From positions 9,486,001 through 9,550,000 of the forward strand of contig CM022674.1 in the NCBI GenBank assembly GCA_012295275.1: a stretch of 64,000 nt of DNA. The letters run 5' to 3'. The translations under genes and the position numbers were made by a program. The notes beneath the pieces were generated by a model, which saw only the letters and a list, made by a program, of their open reading frames with translations, did no database searches and had not been told where the DNA came from. The stretch is from Chrysomallon squamiferum (lineage: Eukaryota > Animalia > Mollusca). Shown here in pieces: positions 50,217-61,936 of the stretch. Numbering within the stretch: the stretch's first letter is position 1; the number at the start of each line of letters is the position of its first letter.

Positions 50217-51820
50217 ATGAGAATGGATTCAAATGAAATGTCATATTTATCTAGCTCTAGTTCAGAATCATTTGCAGGTGATCATTTTTCTTCTTTTTTA
50301 AATAACTCATCTATCTTTAACCTGTAATTGAAATTTCAATAACAATTGGATTCATTTTTTTTTTTTTTTTTTTTTAATTTTTTTAAATCCTTATTTTATT
50401 TATGAAATACCTTCATTTTGAAGCTAAATCTGAATATTTACTATTCATAAAGAAGTTTTCCTGTGCTTTATAGAAGACGAAAATCTCTGCATTTCATGAT
50501 TTCATATTATAAATAATGTTCTCATGCATGTTGTCATTAGTGAACTCTTGTTAATACTATTTATTAGTATTAATTATTTTTTATTTTTTACACATTAAAT
50601 CCCTATATTGATCATCATTAGCTGCAGAAGTTCACAATCATTTTTGTTTTTAACTTAGAAGTGAAAATCTAGTAAATAAAAGCAAGTTTTTAGTTCTTTC
50701 AGACAATGGCACAGAATCGGAAGAGATGAGACTTATTCTTGTTGGAAAAACAGGTTCTGGGAAAAGCTGTACTGGAAATAGCATTCTTGGGTCAAAAGTT
50801 TTCCGTAGCAGCTCTTTTGGTAACTCAGTCACTGAGGTGTGCACTTTTGGCTCAGTCACAAGACAAGGCAGAAATATGACAGTTATTGATACCCCAGGTT
50901 TGTTTGGAACTGACAAATGTGAAAATGAGATCAAGACTGAAGTTATCAAATCTGTTTATTTAGCAGCACCAGGACCACATGCAGTAATATATGTTTTTCC
51001 TATAGGTGATAGATTTACCTTGGAGGAAGAGAAAACGGTTAACTTGTTTTATGAATATTTTGGTAAACAGGTCTGTAGATACTTTCTGGTACTGTTCACA
51101 AGAAAAGATTTCCTTGTCCGAGATGGCATCAATCAACATGACTACTTATCAAACCTTCCAACTGGGCTTGATAAATTAGTACAGGAATGTGGCAGACGCA
51201 CAATATTTTTTGACAATTTTGCCAAAGAATCGGAGAAAGAAGAACAATTGCTGCAACTGATTGAAACTGTAGATTCTATACTTCAGACCAATGGTTATGG
51301 ATACTACACTTCTCATCTTCTCAATGAAGCCGAAAAAGAAATGAGACAAAGAGATGAAAATTTTCTGAAAGATAATGAAGTGAACAGACAGAAAGAAGAA
51401 GTCAGAATTAAAGAGAGATACAGGGAGCAGCTGGAGTCAGAAGCAGACACCACAAGGAAAGAAGAAATTGAAAAAGAATATCAGATAAAACTTTCTGCTT
51501 TGCAAAAGTCCTGGGTAAAAAAGGCCCGCAATGAATCACGATCTCAGATCACCAAAGGATTATTCCTTGGCGCTGTCTTTGGATCTCTGATAGGTGGGGC
51601 AATAATAGGAGGATTGTCATATGGGAAAGTAGCTGCTGCTACTGCTGCTGTGGAAGCATCCACAGCTGCTGCGACAGCTGCAACTGCTGCTGCACAAAGA
51701 GCTATGGAGCAGTTGGCAGAAGCACCAGCAGCATTTCAAAAGACAAGTGATGGATCGGCTTTGGCTTCTGTTGCCATGTTAGCTATTGGTGCCTTATTGT
51801 CTGCAATCTTAAAAGCTTAA
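50217..51820 (+). CDS. GIMAP: GIMAP / AIG1-family GTPase with coiled coil and two C-terminal hydrophobic segments (~392 aa)
   Basis: Exons 50217-50277 (MRMDSNEMSYLSSSSSESFA) and 50703-51820 join in phase 1. G1 GKTGSGKS, G2 SVT, G3 DTPG, conserved box APGPHA..RFT.EE, G4 TRKD, ECGRR..FDN. Confidence 0.9.
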
Positions 51821-51974
51821 CAAATATAAAAATAATAATAACATAATAAAATAAAAATAAAAGTGTTTTGAAACAGATTATTAGAAACATCAATTGTGTT
51901 TACTTCTATTCAGTTCTTTTTATTGCATTATTAATTTTTGTTTTAAAAACAGTACAATACTGAAATAAAATGTA

Positions 51975-52016
<42 letters not shown>

Positions 52017-53329
52017 TTATATATATATAGCAGCAGTAGATGATAAAATTTAACTAGTTATTGATAAAAACTGAATATTCTTACTACAACTGTAGCAAAT
52101 GACATATTAAATTGTATTTTTCTATTTTTGGAACTGATCAGATGGTTACTTGAAGTTGAGTTTAGAGTAAAATCAGTTACTTGTGCATATTTTATGTACA
52201 AAAGCAGCCAATCTTCAAGACAGTTCTTAAATTCAAATGGTCATTTTTCTTTGAGTTTTGTTGATTTTTCTGTAGGTGGGTAGAATAAATATTTCAAAAA
52301 AGGTCTTATAGAATATTATTTCCCCAAAACATCATATGGAATACCATAAGATCGTTTTATACCCATTTTTGTCAAAAATATAAAAATGTTTACAGCTGCA
52401 AAAATCCTGTTCCTATTGGTTAAGTATGTTCGCCAGATGTCACCATTATAATTATTTTCCCATGTATACAAATAAATAGCACGAGCACCAAGTATTAGTT
52501 TGCTTCCAATCATTAAAGCTAATTATCTTTTGTTTTTGTTTGTTTTTTTTTTTTTTTTTTTTTTTTTTTTCATCATTCATTCTTTATTTCTCTTTTTCAT
52601 AAGCCAGAAAACTTCATTAGCTATTTTTCTTTGGATTGTTTTTTTTTCTCTGTTACTTTTTCCTTTGTCGATTAATTAGTTAAATTTAGATATACAAATA
52701 CAGTATTATAAATAATTAGAAAAACCCTGGATTACCCACAATAATAAAAAATATTAAAAAACAATCTAAAACCGAAATAAGTATTAATGAAAAGTAAACA
52801 GTAAAACCTAAATTCAATGTGACAGTACATGCTAAAAAAACAATTGTAGTAAAATAGTTGGGGAAATGTACATATGCTGAACCTCTAGCATTTTCATCCT
52901 CTGATTGTTTAGCCATTACTATATAGTATATGATACCTCGATCGATTACGTGCATTTTGCAATATTAAAGATGGTGAAAGGTCAACTGACTCAAAAAAGG
53001 CGAGGATTGATCGTATTTCGCTCATTTAAATGTAACATTTTGCCAATTTTATAGGTATCGTTCTGGTAATTATATAGGTCATTTGTAGAATATCACATAA
53101 TTTGTTGGTTAGGACATAGTCTTTGCACATGAGGATCGAAAAAGTTTCATGCCGCGTCAGGAAGATTACATGTGGGGTATTTTTATGTCTTAATGCCCTA
53201 TGCTGAACCGTCACGCCATTCCTATATTCAGTATATGTTCTGCCTGTTCCAATAAAGGCCACACAGAATATTGATCATTATAATGTTTTCCGTAGTAAGT
53301 TTCTCCCAATTCCTTTATTTTTATTTCAG

Positions 53330-53500
53330 AGGGTCGAATGGAAAGTGGACCCAAGATGTCATGAAAAGAGCCATTCAGGCGTACACTAACGCCCGAGTTG
53401 AAAAGAAAGCTGAACGCTACGTGTCATACTACCATATTTCAAAATCAGCATTTTTAAGGCATTTGAACTGCAGAAGTAAATATTTAAGTGGCGGTATTAA
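53330..53500 (+). mobile_element. pogo-like HTH_psq transposase N-terminal remnant
   Basis: GKWTQDVMKRAIQAY..KAERYVSYYHISKSAFLRHL resembles the pipsqueak HTH pattern W..E.M..A..A...AA..Y.IP.STL.R; the sequence decays into poly-A. Confidence 0.55.
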
Positions 53501-54149
53501 AAAAAAAAAAAAAAAAAACACTTACCAGAAGAATCGGAACAATCGTTCGTTGACTATATTTTGGAGTCAGATAATATATATAATTAGACTAAATCGTAAA
53601 TGCGTTTTACGGTATATAAACTCTGAGTAGTTTTAATTTTTAACATTTTATTGAACATAAATTCCAAATAGTTTGATGTTTTGCATTTTACAAAAAAAAA
53701 AAATTCTGAATTGTGAAGTATATCTTTGACACAATGAATAACCTATTTTGCATTCGTGTTTATCTCTTCCTTTTTATCATTCTAATCATAATCTGAATTA
53801 GGCGAAAGATAATGTATTAAAAATGGATTTTGCAAAGGATACTAGGAATTCCCTCTAATGAATCACTTTTTCCTATACTGAACCGATAAGGTTCAATATA
53901 AGTCTCTGGGGCCCCAAATTAAACCTTAGACGACATTTTGTATTTGATCCATAAAACTTGGAGTGCAGAAACTTTTTTTTTTTTTTTTTTTTAAATTCTT
54001 TTCGGGGATTTATCAACTACAACTAGACTGATCTTATTTGATTCCATCTGGACTGAGCCGAAAAGGTCTGAAGTTAGCGGTTTCAGTATCGTACACGTCC
54101 CCTAATAATGACAGCTGATTGCAGTGCAAATCGAAATAAAAGATGAAGA

Positions 54150-55352
54150 AACCATGCAGCACAGAAACATTTGTGATGATGCGATTACATAATGAAAAAA
54201 AAAAAAAAATAATAATAAATAAAATCTTTCACAAAAACAGCAGAAAACACAATCCGTGAACCAAAGTACTTATGAAATAATCATATATAAAATTAATAAA
54301 AAAAAAAAATTATATATATATAATAACAATAATAATAAAAGAAGAAGAAAATGTTAAAGAAAACAACAACAAACAAACAAACAAAAAAGCACTCCGAAAC
54401 ATCACCATCAAACTATTACTTTGTATATTTTGTAATAAACTGCTTCCTCCATTGTCAGTTATAACATAGAAATGTTGCTTACGGTCGCGACCGATTCAAC
54501 CTAAAATTCTCTAGTTAAATCTAAAACCCATGGCATTAAAAAAAAACTGCATTAAGAAACAATGCAGCACAGAAACAACATTTGTGAGGATGACGATTAC
54601 ATAATGAAAAAAAAAAAATAATATAATCTTTCACAAAAACAGCAGAAAACACAATCCGTGAACCAAAGTACTTATGAAATAATCATATATAAAATTAATT
54701 AAAAAAAAAAATTATATATATATAATAACAATAATAATAAAAGAAGAAGAAAATGTTAAAGAAAACAACAACAAACAAACAAACAAAAAAGCACTCCGAA
54801 ACATCACCATCAAACTATTACTTTGTATATTTTGTAATAAACTGCTTCCTCCATTGTCAGTTATAACATAGAAATGTTGCTTACGGTCGCGACCGATTCA
54901 ACCTAAAATTCTCTAGTTAAATCTAAAACCCATGGCATTACAAAAAAAAACTGCATTAAGAAACAATGCAGCACAGAAACAACATTTGTGAGGATGACGA
55001 TTACATAATGAAAAAAAAAAATAATATAATCTTTCACAAAAACAGCAGAAAACACAATCCCTGAAGACGAACCAAAGTACTTAAGAAATAATTATATATA
55101 TATATATATATATAATGAACAATAAATATAAAATTTATAACAATAATAATAATAATAAAAGAAGAAGAAAATGCTCAAAAAAAACAACAAAACAACAACA
55201 AAAAAAAACCCTCCTAAATATCACCAGCGAAAATATTACTTTGTATATTTTGTAATAAACTGCTTCCTTCATTCTCAATTATAACTTAGAAATGTTACGG
55301 TAGCGACCGATTAAACATGAAATGCTCTCGTTAAATCTAAAACCATGGCATT
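54150..55352. repeat. Tandem repeat, three units of about 405 bp
   Basis: Marker atgcagcacagaaac recurs at about 54154, 54562 and 54966; ttacggtcgcgaccgatt and ccatggcatta recur with the same period; the third unit is more diverged. Confidence 0.95.
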
Positions 55353-56331
55353 ACGAAAAAATACTCCCATCTAAGCAGTCACATCTAAATTAATAATAAT
55401 AATAATAATAAAATATAAAAAACGAAAAAAACAACCAATTAGTCCTATTAAAATTGTATTAACTTACACCAAGGAATGAAAACGCTCGTCTAGAAGTCGA
55501 CATTAAAAATTGTCACGTGTTCTGAGCTGGCATTATCGACCACTGGCTGGCTATACTTTCAAACAGTGAGTACCCTGCTATAGGTTTTTACGTACGGTAC
55601 TATTAGGAGAGTTCATGTATGTGAATAAGAGAACAAATCCACAAAACCTATTTGAACGCCGACTAGAAGAGACTATATTTTTCAGGTAATTGATTAATTT
55701 ACTTTCCTTGTTCTCGTTTTATCACTGATAATCGAAAATGTTCAGTTACTCTGTCTCTGAATTAGAAAACTCACTGATAGCTGGTGATTGTACAATCAAA
55801 TCAACGTTCTTTTACTTATTCAAATTAAAATCAGAAGATGCTTTTATTTTAATTTTATAAATACGGCTTCTTGCTCCACTCATGGCAGGGTGGCTACAGC
55901 TTTTATATTCTGTTTTCTTTTCATATTTACTATATTTTTATGATTTTTTATTTTCAGATGATAATTATGAATCTGTTTTAGGCGCTTTCTGGTTTCATTT
56001 GAGGATATTTCGAATTTATCGCTTCTTACTACTCTCAATCCAAAACACATCTTTCTTATTTTTTCTTCTTCTTTTCTCGTTTATCTCTTTGACATTTATC
56101 TGAAGTCGGTTTAAACCTGAAATTATATCGTTATTTCTTCTAAATCAAAATTAAACTGCATATTCGGAAATGAACTGATCGGTATCGTACATATTTAATA
56201 TTTTAGGCTTGTAAACAAAATACTGGTCGAAGGACAGTCTGTCTTTAACAGTGAAATGGAAGAGAGAATACTGAACGGATAGAGAAAGACGTAACAACTG
56301 AACGATGGGTCAGTAAAATATCTCCTTTAAT

Positions 56332-56976
56332 ATGGAGACAAGTTCCAAACACTCTACTAATAGCACAGAGCAGGATGATGTTGACGACCGATGGCGCTTG
56401 CGCATTATTGTTCTGTCTTACCTTAGTCTGGTGTTGCTGGCTTCCGCTGTTTTGAATGGCACGATATGCTTGTTGTTTTACAGAAAACGTCAACTTCTGA
56501 CTGTTGCCAATAGCTTTGTTCTGAATCTTACAGTTTGTCAGTTAGGTAAGATAAATATTTATTTTCTTTTACAAGTGAGACATAAAATTCAAGATTGATG
56601 AATCATTATTTATTTATTTAATTAAATATTTATATATTTATTTATTTATTTAATTAGATGTATTTAGATCCCATATATATCATACGTGCTCACTGGGGTG
56701 TGTAAAAATAGAGTTCATAGTAATATTATTACCTGTTTAAAAAAAAAAAAAAAAAAAAAAAAATTCACACTCACACATACATACAAACACACACAAATTG
56801 TGGGATATGTAAATACATATAATGAAACAATTTGTTTATATTTCTTTACGTCGATTATTTCGTACTAAAAATTAGTCTAGATACATTTTGCTGACTTCAG
56901 CTATTGGTTTACCTCCTATTTTGCCTCAGTTATGTTTTTAATCATAAACGTTTTATATATTTTACTATAAGGCCAA

Positions 56977-57022
<46 letters not shown>

Positions 57023-60000
57023 GCAACAACAACAACATAAATAGTAATATTTAGAAAAAAAGTAAAAAGTAATAAAATTAAAATTGATGTATTGCATTTT
57101 ATTTATTTATTTATTTATTTATTTTAATGATCACTCTCGGAAAACTTTAATTAGCTGATCAGCTAACGTGGTACACTACGTGACAACTATAGCTAAAATT
57201 ATTCGACTGATATACATGATTCAGATAATTACAAATATTCTTGTGTCCCGTAATAGTTTAAATAATAAACAAATTAACTTTAAAAAATAAAAATAAAAGG
57301 CAGTGTCTAAATAGAGAAAAGGTCTAAAACAAATTTATTCTGGTCATAAAATAAAAATTAATGCTGGGAATAAAATCTGAGTTAATTGTGTTCGAGTTCT
57401 TGTAGGTTTCTTCTAAATGAAGTTAGTTATCGGTGTTTTTATTTTTTTTATTTTACTTTATTTCTTTTGTTTTGTTTGTTGTTGTTGTTTTAATATCTAA
57501 GACAAATGCATTTATTCTCACTAATATATTAATCACATATTTGATGCCTATAAACTGGAAAGAAACGTAGTCAACATTCTGGTCAGAAAGATAATGTATT
57601 TCTTCTTTTATTTCTTTCTCTTTGTTTTAAATGTATTATTAATACTATCTCTAATTATCGCTCAGTGTAGGAATCAAGCAAAGATTAAACGTTCCGTTAT
57701 TGGCTTTTATCTGTGCCTGACTTGTTTCGTCTTGTCAACCAATTAGACTAATATTTTTATTTCAATAGATCCAATTTGATTTTCGAAAAGTAATTATGAA
57801 AGTATTCATTTAGATGGAGAGGATATTGATTAGTTTACTACACTGAACGCCACTGTAAACGAAAGAGGATAATTTTATATATTTAATGTTATTATACAAA
57901 TGGCTATATTCCACAGTTACATGCAAAAGAGTTCTTTGATTATAACTGATTTCGCCCCAAATCACTGCACTACCGTAACCATGTGTCAGTCTGGATCCAC
58001 ACATCTCCACGGCAAAGTCAAACACACAGTCGTTCAGTATTTATTTGAAGAAAACGATTTGTCTGAAAACAAGAAACTTCACGCCGCAATCTCCAACATT
58101 AATATGTGAAAATTGTGTCTTGATGTTATAACCCTCTTTTGCCTGTGTCTTTTTCGATCCCAGGTAACCCCGGTTTGCAGTAAAGGAGTGAAACAAATGT
58201 TTGTATTAATGACTGATGGCAACTACCATAATGCAGTTTCAATTATATATGTCTTGAATGTCTGCTTTGAAAAGAACATAATATTCAATATCAGTCATTA
58301 TTTAAATATATTTTAGGATAAAGACATCGATATTTTTCATAGTATTGGACATTATGAACAGTGTCTCCATTGTTATAACTATTCTTCAGAAAATTTCAAA
58401 AGTAATTATATAGTATTAACATTTTATTTTATCGATTGTTATATATGTATATATATAAGAATATATAACGAAAGAAATGTTTATCCATTTATGTAGGATT
58501 CTGTCATCTGTCTATTTATCTGGGATTGCACGGTTATCATAACAATAGGTAAATATATATATATATATATATATACTTTAATACATATATATCTTGGCTT
58601 ATAAATTAAATCAAAATTATATTTTTATTAATAAAAAATATAAAGAAAATAAAAGTAATAAAATGATAATGTGTGAGTAGACAGAGAGATCGATAGACAT
58701 ATATATATAATGGTGACCCTGCAATCTCAGATAAATAGACAGATGACAGAATCCTAGTAAATGATAAACATTTGGTTATTTATAAATAAATAAATAAAAT
58801 AGATTAAGCATTACTTTAAATAACCTGAATAATTATTGTTGAGTGTTCTTCAAAGTTTTTCGAATTATTTGTTTATTTTTCTGTCTCTCAATTAATTAAT
58901 TAATTTATTTATTTATTTATTTATTTATTTGTCATTTATTTATTTATCATCATCATTATCATTGTTTTAAATTTTTTGATGAATTATTTTGATAATACAG
59001 AAACTATATATGTATGTATGTATGTGTGTGCGAGTGTCCCTCGGTAATAGTAATGGACCTGTACACCGAGAACTAAGTACAATTACAAGAAGTACATACA
59101 CTATATTTCTGTTTCCACAGACTGGGTGGGATGGGAGGGTACTGATTATTTACTTTATTGTTATAAAATTAATATTACGACTCAGTGATAATTTACACAT
59201 TATCAAAAGTTTTTATTTTGTTTTATAGGGTTAACGATTACAGTTCTTCCCTTTGTGATTACGTCAGTAATTACAGTGTCCTGGGTGATGAGTGACTACT
59301 GGTGTCAGATTCAGGGCTATGCGATGACTGTGTTCGTTACAACTACGCAGTACTCGCTCTTCATCATATCAGTGGATCGGAATTACGCTATAACAAATTC
59401 ACTTCGATATCCGCGTATTTTTTCTCCACGTCTGTGTATTTTACTTATTGTCATAACCTGGAGTCTTGGTTTATTACTTGCACTTCCTTCTTTGATAGAT
59501 CATGGCCAGTACCAGTACATAGACTCCCGCTTTCTCTGTGGTTTGCCTTTCACTTCAAAACAGGAGTTTGCTATTGCTTTTCTACTAGTTGAGTACTGTT
59601 TGCCATGTATAGGTCAGATTCTCTGTTATTTTAGTATTTTCAGAGCAGCTATTAGACACGGGAGACAAAATAATCGCGTGTATCCCACTTCACCAAGTAC
59701 TCTAATACCCCTAAATCATACAGAAGCAAGTTCTGAAAACGTTACAACTGATACAGAAAACAATTTGAGAAGAAACTCACTAAATATCACACCTATTACA
59801 CTTGTAGGAAGTAGAACCAAGTATAAAGCAGTAAAAACTTTGTTTGTTATTTGGATTTCTTATGTTGTGTGCTGGATATGGAATATAGTTAATGTTGTGA
59901 CCGGTCTGACTCAGAGCCCCATTCCATTTTCACTGGATTTAGCTTCCACATGTTTTATGTTCTTGTCATGTGTTTTAAATCCTGTAGTTTTTGCTTTCAT

Positions 60001-60403
60001 GAATAAGTCCATTCGCTTTGAATTATCTAAATTGTTAGCAAGAAATGAGGGAGCTATTCTTCATGTTGCTCAGACTCGTGACAATGGTGGGAACACGGTA
60101 CTAACAAGTGTTTCATCAGGGCGGCTACCTAACTCAGTTTGGGGAGTATCTAGTCAAAGTCTGCAGACTAAAGTTAACACTCTTCTTGTCAGACCAATTC
60201 AAATGGTAACTATACAGGAGGTATCGGAAAACGACTTGGCAATTTCATCTCAAAATTTAAAAAATACCTTTTCTAATTCTAAAAGTTTCAATAATAGTTA
60301 TCAGAAATCGTATGAATTAATTAAAACTGATATCCCCGTTGAACCAGAAAATAAATTTTGTTCTAACAAAACAGGAACTCATTCAAAACATTCTAAATCT
60401 TGA
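56332..60403 (+). CDS. Class A orphan GPCR, GPR161/GPR101-like (~462 aa, two coding exons)
   Basis: Exons 56332-56545 (G|gtaag) and 59229-60403 (ttatag|GG) join in phase 1. Seven hydrophobic helices. FYRKRQLLTVANSFVLNLT..VLPFVITS....W.....WC resembles GPR161 ICL1-TM2-ECL1 as I recall it; ISVDRNYAI; LNPVVFAFMNKSIR. Confidence 0.85.
57905..58100 (-). mobile_element. Tc1-like transposase remnant in the GPCR intron
   Basis: Minus strand gives FLFSDKSF (cf. VLFSDESRF) and HGYGSAVIWGEISYNQRTLLHV (cf. HGGGSVMVWGGIS..GRT.L). Confidence 0.65.
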
Positions 60404-61879
60404 GCAGATATTGTTAATCATGAAAATGCTAACAGTCGTCTTCCACAGGAATTAGTTATGTCAACATTCCATCTGGAAACGTCTTACCAAGCAAATCACT
60501 GTCGTGTTAAACATAACACGGCTCAGTGTAATTCTGCAACCCATGTCTCAGTATTTTGATTAGTACTTTACTACACATCAGTTCATTTTAATGTAAAAAC
60601 AATGATAATAAATACAAAAATAATTTACTTTGTTATCTACACTCTGACAAAGTAATGTTCGGCGCCTAGATCAAAGATATTAAAAATAAAATAATTGATT
60701 AAAGGGTTCATATTTATGATATATGCCACGAAATTACAGCACAGTTTGTGCTAACTTCAACATTAACCTTGTGATTAAAAACATCAGTTATTGTATTTAT
60801 GAATGCAAACTATTTTCTTAGAAATATATTCTGTAAATTAATTCCATAGTTACGACAGAACATTGTTTATGTGTGCCGAGTTCGAGTTACCTAAATGGTT
60901 AGGAGGTACAGCTACTAAAACTGAAAATTATTTTTAATTGATATTTTATTATCAGAAAATTTAATTATCATTTTAATGCTAAATAAATTATTATAAAGTG
61001 ACTTTCAAACATCTATTCCTATATAATTTATAGAGGCAGTTAGATAGATAAACTGAGTCGAGAAAGAAAATTAAGAGTATCCTAATGCCAAATTGTTGAT
61101 TTTCAATACATTTTTAATACACTTTGAGAACACCTGTTTGTTTCCTTATCACTCATCTAATGAAGATATGAACAATGCATCATCAGTGTGCTGCACAGAG
61201 GTGTTTGTCGCAGACTAATGAATACTAATGCAAAGTTAAGCTACTGCAGTAGGTGCTTCTAAAGGTTTTCTCAGATTGCAATTACTCTGCCACTTAATGA
61301 AATGCACTACGAAATAATCTATTGTAGATAAAAATCAATGCGTCTAGATTTCACTGGGATTTCTTAAACTCATAGCGTAAAAACATAGCGGGTAACAACC
61401 TCTCATTAACAGTATTCCATGATTATACAGAGTAAGCATGCTGTTGGTCATTATTAATATATATGCTGTTTAGTGTGTTTGTGTTACATTAATATTAATA
61501 TTATAAACTGAAATATGTGACAGTCAACAGTTTTATTATTGACAAGATATTATTATGAAAACATATTATTTGACTGTTAACAAGTCTTACTTACTTTTCT
61601 GTAAAAACTACCCGTTATACATAATACAGGTATACATAATTAAGTACATCTTTTGGTATGTATGTATGTATATAACTGAATGTATGAGAACTTGTCTGTT
61701 TAACCATCTCCCAAATCTTAGTGCAAATCTTAGATAAAATGTTAAATTAATTAATATTTTTTCAAAATTATCTGAAACTGAACAGATTCGAACCCTATAG
61801 TCCATTCTGTTATATTGTTATCTACTAATCAATAATAAGTTTGCTCTTTCTACTCAGCCTTGGCTCTGTAAAAACATGT

Positions 61880-61882
<3 letters not shown>

Positions 61883-61933
<51 letters not shown>
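61883..61933. repeat. (CA)n microsatellite
   Basis: Visible run. Confidence 0.95.

Positions 61934-61936
<3 letters not shown>

Noticed and set aside
54150-55352. Repeat array considered as CRISPR-like or RNA gene cluster
   Set aside because: Units are ~405-bp full duplications with no repeat-spacer structure, no tRNA/5S boxes, and the context is eukaryotic.
59900-60000. Possibility that the GPCR is an opsin, given the nearby retinol dehydrogenase
   Set aside because: TM7 (TCFMFLSCVLNP) has Phe, not Lys, at the retinal-attachment position.
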